Source: a virus (taxonomy: Duplodnaviria; Caudoviricetes). From it: a stretch of DNA of 64,000 bases. Position 1 is the first letter of the stretch; each line of letters opens with the position of its first letter. The DNA lies in IMG/VR virus record IMGVR_UViG_3300026549_000029, positions 128,001-192,000 of that record; one strand, written 5' to 3'. The notes under the pieces were generated by a model. The model saw nothing but the letters and a program-made list of their open reading frames with translations, had not been told where the DNA came from and did no database searches. The translations under genes and the position numbers were made by a program. This document shows, piece after piece, positions 42,201 to 49,913 of this stretch.

Positions 42201-44932
42201 ATACCAAGTCCAGTAATATCTGCTTTAGCAACAGCTGCAGTAGCAGATACATGACCGGTTTCATCTACAGTAAACTTTCTTAATGCAGATGCAGCACTAG
42301 TATAAGTAGGATGAGTATAGTTATTAGCAGATGCAGCAATAGAATCTAATTTAGTCTTATCTGTAGATGTCATAAGACCATTAGTACCAGTAGTAACAGC
42401 AGCATAAGTAGTATCAGTTACTTCACCAGTATAGCCATTGCTACCAGTAAGTTTAATATTATTACCGGTTTTAGTAAGTGTATAAGTTGTATCAGTATTT
42501 TTAGCTAAAACAACATAAGTTGTTCCAGACCATCTATAAATATTATTTTCCTGCTGTGATGTATCTACATAAATAATTCCAGCAGTACCACTAGTTGGAA
42601 ATGCAGCAGTACCATTGAATTCAAGAACATCATCTACATAAGCAGGTAAATAAGTAGAATCAATTAATCCAGAAGCATTTAATGGAGCTACACCATTATT
42701 AGCACCAATATAGCTAGAAGGAATAGCACCGATATTAGCAGGAGTAATATTCACATTACCAGTTCTATAATTAGTTTCAGCATTACCTTTAACACCAGTT
42801 ATGCTATTAACCTGAGCACCTGCAGCAATACCATCTAACTTAGATTTATCAGTACTAGTCATAAGACCATTTGCAGCAGTAGTGACAGCAGCATAAGTAG
42901 TATTATTATCAGTATTATACTTAGTACCAGCTTTCCAACCTGCACCTGTTAATACATAGCCACTAGTAGCATAATTAGTAGTACCATTTTTAGCTGCAGG
43001 AACCAAACCATCTGCAGAAGAAGTAAATGCAGCATAAGTAGTATCTTGTGCTGGTATTCCTAATTCAGTAATATCAGCTTTAGCTACTGCTGCAGTAGCA
43101 GATACATGTCCAGTTCCATCTACAGTAAACTTTCTTAATGCAGATGCTGCAGATGTATAAGTAGGATGAGTATAATTATTAGCAGAAGTATCAATAGAAT
43201 CTAATTTAGTCTTATCAGTACTGGTCATAAGACCATTTGCAGATCCTGTAACAGCAGCATAAGTAGTATTAGTATCAGTATTATACTTAGTACCAGCAGC
43301 CCATCCAGCTCCAGTAAGAACATATGCAGATGTAGCATAATTAGTAGTACCACTTTTAGCGGCAGGTACTAAACCAGCATCGGCCGATGTAAATGCTGCA
43401 TAAGTAGTATCAGTAGCAGAAATGCCCAATGATGTAATATCATCTTTAACTATAGCAGTAGCACTACTTACATGTCCAGTTCCATCTACTGCTACTTTAT
43501 AAAGTCCAGATTCAATACTAGTATAGCTAGGATGAGTATAGTTATTAGCATTATCTGCTATACCATCTAACTTAGTCTTATCTGTAGATGTCATAAGACC
43601 ATTAGCAGATCCTGATACTGCTGCATAAGTAGTATCAGTATTATACTTAGTACCTGCTTGCCATCCAGCTCCAGTTAATACATAACCAGTAGTAGCATAA
43701 TTAGTAGTACCATTCTTTGCAGCAGGTACTAGACCATTAGCTGCACTAGTAAATGCTGCATAAGTAGTATCCTGTGCAGGAATACCTAAACTAGTAATAT
43801 CTGTTTTTTCAATATTAGTTATTTCATATACATGTCCAGTATCATCTACAGCAAATTTTTTCATTCCACTAGCAGCACTAGTATAAGTAGGATGAGTATA
43901 ATTATTAGCATTATCTGCTATACCATCCAATTTAGTCTTATCTGTAGATGTCATAAGACCATTAGCAGATCCAGATACTGCTGCATATGTAGTATCAGTA
44001 TTATACTTAGTACCAGCTTTCCAACCTGCACCAGTAAGAACATACGCAGAAGTAGCCCAGTTAGTAGAACCAGACTTAGCTGCAGGTACTAAACCATCTG
44101 CAGAAGAAGTAAATGCTGCATATGTAGTATCTTGTGCAGGAATACCAAGTCCAGTAATATCTGTTTTTGCAACAGCTGCAGTAGCAGATACATGACCGGT
44201 TCCATCTACAGTAAACTTTCTAAGAGCACTAGCAGCACTAGTATAAGTAGGATGAGTATAATTATTAGCATTATCTGCTATACCATCCAATTTAGTTTTA
44301 TCTGTAGATGTCATAAGACCATTAGCATTAGTAGTAACAGCAGCATATGTAGTATCACTACCCGGAATACCAAGTCCAGTAATATCTGCTTTAGCAACAG
44401 CTGCAGTAGCAGATACATGTCCAGTTCCATCTACAGTAAACTTTCTTAATGCAGATGCTGCAGATGTATAGCTAGGATGAGTATAATTATTAGCAGAAGT
44501 ATCAATAGAATTGAGTTTAATAACCTGATCATTAGTCATTAAACCATTAGTATTAGTAGTTGCAGCTGCATAAGTAGTATCCTGTGCAGGAATACCTAAA
44601 CTAGTAATATCAGTTTTTTCAACAGCAACAGTACTACTTACATGACCAGTTCCATCTACAGTAATTTTTTTAAGCCCATTTGCAGAACTGGTATATGTCG
44701 GATGAGTATAATTATTAGCAGAGGTAGCAATTGTATCTAATTTCTTTTTATCTACACTAGACATAAGTCCATTAGCACTAGTGGTAGCTGTATTCTTAAG
44801 ATTAGTAACTTCTGTTTGTACAGAATTACCATTATCCATTTCTACAGAATTAGCATTAGTCCACTGTGATAAGGTCTTATAGCCAGCATCAGTTAAAACA
44901 TGTCGTTTAGTTTTAACAAAGTTATCAGCCAT
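39230..44932 (-). CDS. Giant repetitive Thr/Ala/Gly-rich fibre protein (~1900 aa)
   Basis: GLMTSTDKTKLDGI..ANNYTHP...VDGTGHV repeats typical of phage fibres; AAAGGA RBS puts the start at MADNF (44932). Confidence 0.85.
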   Translation of the reverse strand: MADNFVKTKRHVLTDAGYKTLSQWTNANSVEMDNGNSVQTEVTNLKNTATTSANGLMSSVDKKKLDTIATSANNYTHPTYTSSANGLKKITVDGTGHVSSTVAVEKTDITSLGIPAQDTTYAAATTNTNGLMTNDQVIKLNSIDTSANNYTHPSYTSAASALRKFTVDGTGHVSATAAVAKADITGLGIPGSDTTYAAVTTNANGLMTSTDKTKLDGIADNANNYTHPTYTSAASALRKFTVDGTGHVSATAAVAKTDITGLGIPAQDTTYAAFTSSADGLVPAAKSGSTNWATSAYVLTGAGWKAGTKYNTDTTYAAVSGSANGLMTSTDKTKLDGIADNANNYTHPTYTSAASGMKKFAVDDTGHVYEITNIEKTDITSLGIPAQDTTYAAFTSAANGLVPAAKNGTTNYATTGYVLTGAGWQAGTKYNTDTTYAAVSGSANGLMTSTDKTKLDGIADNANNYTHPSYTSIESGLYKVAVDGTGHVSSATAIVKDDITSLGISATDTTYAAFTSADAGLVPAAKSGTTNYATSAYVLTGAGWAAGTKYNTDTNTTYAAVTGSANGLMTSTDKTKLDSIDTSANNYTHPTYTSAASALRKFTVDGTGHVSATAAVAKADITELGIPAQDTTYAAFTSSADGLVPAAKNGTTNYATSGYVLTGAGWKAGTKYNTDNNTTYAAVTTAANGLMTSTDKSKLDGIAAGAQVNSITGVKGNAETNYRTGNVNITPANIGAIPSSYIGANNGVAPLNASGLIDSTYLPAYVDDVLEFNGTAAFPTSGTAGIIYVDTSQQENNIYRWSGTTYVVLAKNTDTTYTLTKTGNNIKLTGSNGYTGEVTDTTYAAVTTGTNGLMTSTDKTKLDSIAASANNYTHPTYTSAASALRKFTVDETGHVSATAAVAKADITGLGIPAQDTTYAAFTSIANGLVPAAKNGTTNYATTGYVLTGAGWQAGTKYNVDNNTTYAAVTTAVNGLMTSTDKTKLDGIADNANNYTHPTYTSAASGLYKVAVDGTGHVSGATAVEKTDITNLGIPAQDTTYAAFTSAANGLVPAAKNGSTSYLTSAYVLTGAGWKAGTKYNTDTTYAAVSGSANGLMTSTDKTKLDSIDTSANNYTHPTYTSAASALRKFTVDGTGHVSATAAVAKADITGLGIPGSDTTYANFGSGSAGLVPAPTTDQATSGYVLTGTGWAAGTKYNTDTTYATFTSAANGLVPAAKSGSTSYLTSAYVLTGAGWKAGTKYNTDTNTTYAAVTTGADGLMTSTDKSKLDGIADNANNYTHPSYTSAASGLYKVAVDGTGHVSGATAIVKDDITGLGIPAQDTTYATFTSAANGLVPAAKSGTTNYATSAYVLTGAGWKAGTKYNVDNNTTYAAVTTAADGLMTSTDKTKLDAIAASANNYTHPTYTSAASALRKFTVDGTGHVSATAAVAKADITGLGIPGSDTTYANFTSAASGLVPAAKNGTTNYATSAYVLTGAGWASGTKYNTDTTYANFGSGSAGLVPAPTTDQATSGYVLTGAGWQAGTKYNTDTNTTYATFTSAANGLVPAAKSGTTNLATTGYVLTGAGWQAGTKYNVDNNTTYAAVTTAANGLMTSTDKSKLDGIADNANNYTHPTYTSAASGLYKVAVDGTGHVSGATAVSQSDITGLGIASNSTFTSAANGLVPAAKSGTTNYATTGYVLTGAGWAAGTKYNTDNNTTYATFTSAANGLVPAAKNGSTSYLTSAYVLTGAGWQSGTKYNTDTTYANFGSGSAGLVPAPTTDQATSGYVLTGTGWAAGAKYNTDTTYANFGSGSAGLVPAPTTTQATSGYVLTGTGWAAGAKYNTDTTYATFTSAANGLVPAAKSGTTSWATTGYVLTGAGWQAGTKYNTDTNTTYAAATTAAAGLTKASYVDGTTLYVF
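39310..44790 (-). repeat. Intragenic array of three repeat modules: A ~75 aa x12, B ~45-47 aa x13, C ~42 aa x4
   Basis: Counted from the translation; near-identical DNA copies visible. Confidence 0.9.
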
Positions 44933-44963
44933 CGTATTAATTCCTTTCACAAATTATAGTTTT

Positions 44964-45992
44964 TTATAAAGAATTAATAAAGTCTGCAAGACTGACCACT
45001 TCAATAAATTCACAATTACCAATTTCAGCTTCATGTTTAATTTTATTATAATACATAGGATCAGAATATAAGAAATTTAAAATATCATGTCTGGTACAAT
45101 TAAATTCTTTACATATTCTATTTACTGTATATTTAATAATTTTAATATTATCCTTTTTTACATTATCTGCACCTTTAGACCAAACAAAACTTTGATAATA
45201 AAAATACAAATAAAGTACAGTAGAACTTAACTGCCGAAAGAAGTAATCTTTAAGATTATTGCATTTATGATATGCCCCTAACCAAGGTTCAAGAATAGCA
45301 TATATATAATCTTTAAAATAGGTTTCGATAAATCCATTTGTAGCTCTAGCATAGCGTCTACTCATAGAATCTGCTCTATAAACCCATTTATAAGTATAGA
45401 ATTTTTCTAATTTAGTATATCCATATCCTTTAGCAACCATAGTAGCAATAACTAAACTATTGAAGTATAAGTCTTCATGAGTATACAAATTTTCCTTAAA
45501 GTCTATTCCTTCATCAATAAGCCATTGCCTATTATAAAATTTACCATGCATCCAAGTAATACCATCAAAGATTTGCATATAATTACCAGTTTCAACAAAA
45601 TAGTCTCTAAAAGGTGTATATAAAAATCTTTCTTCATTATTATCTTCAATTCCTTTTTTGATATCTTTAAACACATCTGGTTCAAACATATCATCATTAT
45701 CAATAAAAGTAATCCATTCTCCAGTTGCATGATGCCAACCATCGAATCTAGTATTACCAGGACAATGAAGCTCTCTAGGAATAGTTTGAAAATATTTTAT
45801 ATTAAGTTTATCAATATAAGGGACTACATTATCCATAAAATTATCTGTAGAATGATCATCACAGATAATAATTTCAAGATCATCATCATGCTGATCAAGA
45901 ATAGAATCAAGTAGTCTTGCTATAGTATCCCTACAATTATATGCAGGAATAATAATAGATAACCAATTTGAATTAGGATTATGTTTTTTCAT
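44964..45992 (-). CDS. Glycosyltransferase family 2
   Basis: SIIIPAYN, IIICDDHSTD, GEWITFIDNDD (DxD), HED. Confidence 0.9.
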   Translation of the reverse strand: MKKHNPNSNWLSIIIPAYNCRDTIARLLDSILDQHDDDLEIIICDDHSTDNFMDNVVPYIDKLNIKYFQTIPRELHCPGNTRFDGWHHATGEWITFIDNDDMFEPDVFKDIKKGIEDNNEERFLYTPFRDYFVETGNYMQIFDGITWMHGKFYNRQWLIDEGIDFKENLYTHEDLYFNSLVIATMVAKGYGYTKLEKFYTYKWVYRADSMSRRYARATNGFIETYFKDYIYAILEPWLGAYHKCNNLKDYFFRQLSSTVLYLYFYYQSFVWSKGADNVKKDNIKIIKYTVNRICKEFNCTRHDILNFLYSDPMYYNKIKHEAEIGNCEFIEVVSLADFINSL

Positions 45993-46048
45993 ATTTTATT
46001 TTCTCCTAAAATAATTTATCAATTTATAGATGTGCTGATTTATCAAGT

Positions 46049-46222
46049 TTAATTAGTAATAATCTCTGTCCAAAATGCTCCAACATTTTGAGTTCCACTA
46101 GCAGGCTGAGTAGAGGAATAAATTTCATCATTTTTAAGTGCTGAAGAAGCACTATCTCTAGCAGAGAGATCTTTAATATTATATACTGTATCGTTTACTT
46201 TAAGTTTGGAAATGTCTGCCAT
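46049..46222 (-). CDS. Small fibre-related protein (57 aa), absent from the ORF track
   Basis: GGAGG RBS; MADISKLKVNDTVYNIKDLSARDSASSALKNDEIYSSTQPASGTQNVGAFWTEIITN; N-terminus like AKLNVNGSIYWLKDADLR of 47739..49112. Confidence 0.75.
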   Translation of the reverse strand: MADISKLKVNDTVYNIKDLSARDSASSALKNDEIYSSTQPASGTQNVGAFWTEIITN

Positions 46223-46241
46223 AATATTTCCTCCAAAAGAT

Positions 46242-46493
46242 TTAAATTAGTTCTAACATTTCTTTATCTTCATGATACTTTGTTTTATATTTGGATGCCG
46301 AATGATTTTCTTGTACAAGATCTGGCAAATTATGTAGATTATCAATCCCATTACCAAATCTTATAGTTTGAGATCCATCTTCATTCTCCATAATAATAAT
46401 TGTACCAATCGGAGGAATATAGTTCTGGGCTTTTAACCAATTTACGGTGCTATCTCTTTTGACGATGGCTGCACCTCTTTTATTATTACTCAT
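46242..46493 (-). CDS. Small protein with Mtd-N/hyaluronidase-N-like fibre domain
   Basis: KRDSTVNW...YIPPIG.I....IRFGNG...LHNLP pattern. Confidence 0.65.
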   Translation of the reverse strand: MSNNKRGAAIVKRDSTVNWLKAQNYIPPIGTIIIMENEDGSQTIRFGNGIDNLHNLPDLVQENHSASKYKTKYHEDKEMLELI

Positions 46494-46566
46494 CTATATT
46501 ACACTCCTTTTATCTCTTTTCAAAAAGAAAGTATGGTGCTGTATAGACATCTTTTCAGCCTATAAA

Positions 46567-47625
46567 TTATTCATTTGAAATTTTTATATTATCATAAAGA
46601 AAATCATAGAAACTTTCTCTTTCTATAAATTTATTACTTCCAATCTCAGCATCTTTTCTAATTTCAGCAAAAAAGTCTGGATTATTTGTAATATCTTTAT
46701 AGATATCATCTACAGTTTTATCAAATTCTTTACATACTCTATTGATTGTGTCTATAATAAGATTTATATTAGACTTTATTATTCCATCTTCACCTTTAGA
46801 ATATTTAAAGGCTTGAATATAAAAATACATATATAGTATCATCATTATCATGTGATCATAATACTCTTGATAATTATCAGGATATTTATGAAAACAATTA
46901 AACCAGGGGTCAACAGCTGAATGGACATAATCTTTAAAACAAGTTTCTAGTAAGCTATGTTTACTGGTATCAAACGATCTAGTGAAAGATTTAGGATTAT
47001 AGCTCCATTTATAAGTACATACATCAAACTTTCTTAATTCTGAATTTTGTCCACCTAATTCTGCCATAACTTGACCATTGAAATGCAAATCTTCATTTGT
47101 ATATAGATTTTCTTCAAAATCTATACTAGACTCAATGAGCCAGTATCTATTATAAAATTTACCATGTAACCAAGTTCCACCATCAAAAGTTAAACCATAT
47201 TGACCAATGATTGGATTATAATCCCTGAATGATGTGTATATTAATTTTTGTTCTCCAGTCTCTTCAATCAATTCTTTAATTTTCTTAAATACGTCTGGCT
47301 CAAACATATCATCATCATCGATAAAAGTAATCCATTCTCCAGTAGCTATTTTCCAGCCATCAAATCTGGTATTACTAGGACAGTGAATCTCTCTTGGTTT
47401 AGTTTTACAATATTTTATTTTGAGATTCTCCATATAAGGATAAACCTTATCCATAAAATTATCAGTAGATTGATCATCGCAGATAATTATTTCTACATCA
47501 TCTGTATCTTGAATAACTATAGAGTCTAATAATCGTTCAATAGTATCAGAACAATTGTGTGCTGGTATTAGGACTGATAGCCAATAATCACCTTTATAGT
47601 GTTTATACATTTTTATTCTCTCCAT
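46567..47625 (-). CDS. Glycosyltransferase family 2, paralog of 44964..45992
   Basis: SVLIPAHN, ICDDQSTD, GEWITFIDDDD, NED; colinear similarity to the other GT2. Confidence 0.9.
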   Translation of the reverse strand: MERIKMYKHYKGDYWLSVLIPAHNCSDTIERLLDSIVIQDTDDVEIIICDDQSTDNFMDKVYPYMENLKIKYCKTKPREIHCPSNTRFDGWKIATGEWITFIDDDDMFEPDVFKKIKELIEETGEQKLIYTSFRDYNPIIGQYGLTFDGGTWLHGKFYNRYWLIESSIDFEENLYTNEDLHFNGQVMAELGGQNSELRKFDVCTYKWSYNPKSFTRSFDTSKHSLLETCFKDYVHSAVDPWFNCFHKYPDNYQEYYDHMIMMILYMYFYIQAFKYSKGEDGIIKSNINLIIDTINRVCKEFDKTVDDIYKDITNNPDFFAEIRKDAEIGSNKFIERESFYDFLYDNIKISNE

Positions 47626-47738
47626 CTTATTATGACAATACCAATTCTGTATAATAAGATGTCAATTCAATAAAAAACTAGAGAGGGGAGATAACTCCCC
47701 TCCCCAATAATTCTAGTTTTATCCAAAATAAGACTAAA

Positions 47739-49112
47739 TCAGGACACAGTAACAGTCTTATCAGTCTTGTTAAGGGTAAGGCTCTTGGTCTCGGTTGCAA
47801 CAGTGATGGAACCATCAGCAAGAGCATCAGAAGTGGTGGCAGCAGTCGGAGTAACAGATTTAGCAGTACCAGAGAACTCTGCAGTGAAGGTCGGCTGAGT
47901 AACAACAGCATTAGCAGTTTCAAATGCAGGAGTAGCACCAAGAACAGTACCAACACCACTGAAGGAAGCATCACCATCATAAGCTGCAGTAGCAGAAGCA
48001 ACACTAGTAGCAACATCCTTTGTTCCAAAGGTCGGAAGAGCACCAGAAATGGTCTGCTTAGTATAAGTGATAGCACCAGCTTCAGTAACAGCATCGGTAT
48101 AGAACTCAGTATCAGTAGATGCAACATAAGCAAGGTTCAGCTGCTCAGTATCGGTAGTATCCATAGCAAAGGATACACCCTTCTTAACAAACTTAGCAGT
48201 TGTATCAGAAGCCTTAGTAACTGCACCATCACTCAGAGTATATGCAGTACCAGCATCGGTAACAGTAGCAACTGCTTCCTTACCAAGAGTAACAGTAGCA
48301 GTGATACTCGGCAGAGTAATGGAACCATCAGGAGTATAGGTAGCAGTCTGACCATCACCAACAGCACCTGCAGAAACAGTAATAGAAGAAGTCTTCTGAT
48401 AGGTAGCAGCTGCAGCAGTACCAGCAGTAAGAGCAACAGTACCAGCCGGAGTAACATCAAGAGCATTCCAAGTCTGAGGAACAGCAACGGTGTTACCACT
48501 AATAGCATACTCACCAGCCTTAGCTACAGTGATATCATCAATAGAATCAGCAGTAGCAACAGTACCAGTAGCAGTATCCTTATGTGCAAGAGCCTTAAGA
48601 TTCAGAGCAGAAGCAGCCTCAAGCTCAGAAACAGTAATACTGTGATCAAGAGCAATACCAGCAACAGTGGTGGTCTTCGGAACATAAGTAGCAGCTGCAG
48701 AAGCAATGGTCAGATAGATATTCTGGTCACCGAGCTCTTCCCATGCAGAGCCACTATAGATATATTCCTTACCATTACCCTTAATAACAACAACATCACC
48801 AGCCTCAGGATCAGTGACAACACGAGCAATAGCCTGAGTATCAGTCTCTTCATTCTGCTTTTCAACAATACCTCTAAAGTGCATAACACCTTCAAGGTCA
48901 GCAATCTGCTCCTCAACCCAAGCCTGGATTGCAGCAGAAGTTACAAGGTTAACACTATCTTCAGTAAAGGTAGTATCAACATTCTTAAGAACAGCATCAC
49001 CAAAAGTAGCAATAATACCACGAAGATCAGCATCTTTCAGCCAATAGATAGAGCCATTGACATTAAGCTTAGCCATTGTCTGATTATGCTCATAAGTAGG
49101 TGTAAAAGCCAT
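47739..49112 (-). CDS. Abundant virion fibre/decoration protein (Thr/Ala-rich)
   Basis: LEGVMHFRG, GKEYIYSGSAWEELGD, LKALAHKD, TPAGTV and QPTFT motifs; high-expression codon usage. Confidence 0.7.
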   Translation of the reverse strand: MAFTPTYEHNQTMAKLNVNGSIYWLKDADLRGIIATFGDAVLKNVDTTFTEDSVNLVTSAAIQAWVEEQIADLEGVMHFRGIVEKQNEETDTQAIARVVTDPEAGDVVVIKGNGKEYIYSGSAWEELGDQNIYLTIASAAATYVPKTTTVAGIALDHSITVSELEAASALNLKALAHKDTATGTVATADSIDDITVAKAGEYAISGNTVAVPQTWNALDVTPAGTVALTAGTAAAATYQKTSSITVSAGAVGDGQTATYTPDGSITLPSITATVTLGKEAVATVTDAGTAYTLSDGAVTKASDTTAKFVKKGVSFAMDTTDTEQLNLAYVASTDTEFYTDAVTEAGAITYTKQTISGALPTFGTKDVATSVASATAAYDGDASFSGVGTVLGATPAFETANAVVTQPTFTAEFSGTAKSVTPTAATTSDALADGSITVATETKSLTLNKTDKTVTVS

Positions 49113-49154
49113 AATATTTATCTCCTTTGTAAGATAGTTGATTTATTAATTTAA

Positions 49155-49895
49155 TTAATTGTTTAAAAATAAGATGGTTTCTTCTGCTGCATTTGTAGTA
49201 ATTTTAAATCGCTGATTAAGTTCTTCAGTTACTATTTTTTGAGAGATGGAACCATCTGTATTTGTGCCAGTACTTTGATACAATTTAGCAATACCAGCAA
49301 GATTCTGATCTGCAAATGGTACATTAGCAATGGCAGATATATAATTTTCTCCATTGTAAATAAAAATAGTGGAGGAAGTTATATCAACATAAATTTTGTA
49401 TTCATATGGAACATATTTAATTCTATGCTCTTCATCTTGGTAAAATTGTCCTTCAAATAAATATCCACGTACTATGATAGCATTTTCCCATTGAACTTTC
49501 TCAATTGGAATTTCAGCATCATCAAGTGTAGTAAAATCAATATTATAGACACCATTAACAGAGCTAATACCTTTTCCAGCCATTGATACGCCAAAAGCTT
49601 CATGAGTGGAAAGAGGAATATCTACTGCCATGTCATTAATAGGAAGTTCTACTCCATTAATAGAAATAGATTCAATTTTACAATAAGAATATTTTTTAAA
49701 TTTACCAGTTTCAGAAGAAATTATTGCAGAATCTTTATTGTATATATAAAGATAACCATCATCTGAGCAAACAGCAAAATATTTGACAGGCATATGGTTA
49801 TCATTTATATTAAACATTTCTTGCTTTGATAATACTAAACGATTATCAATAGCCTCTCTTGTTTTAACTTCAAAACCCTGAACAATTTGTATCAT
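49155..49895 (-). CDS. Fibre-cluster structural protein
   Basis: GFEVKTREAIDNR, IESISING, GIAKLYQSTGTNTDGSISQK motifs seen in fibre-associated proteins. Confidence 0.6.
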   Translation of the reverse strand: MIQIVQGFEVKTREAIDNRLVLSKQEMFNINDNHMPVKYFAVCSDDGYLYIYNKDSAIISSETGKFKKYSYCKIESISINGVELPINDMAVDIPLSTHEAFGVSMAGKGISSVNGVYNIDFTTLDDAEIPIEKVQWENAIIVRGYLFEGQFYQDEEHRIKYVPYEYKIYVDITSSTIFIYNGENYISAIANVPFADQNLAGIAKLYQSTGTNTDGSISQKIVTEELNQRFKITTNAAEETILFLNN

Positions 49896-49913
49896 ATTTA
49901 CACCCCTTCCATA

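Noticed and set aside
39310-44790. CRISPR array or diversity-generating retroelement
   Set aside because: Repeats are in-frame coding modules with no unique spacers, no adenine-specific variation, and no reverse transcriptase or cas gene in the window.
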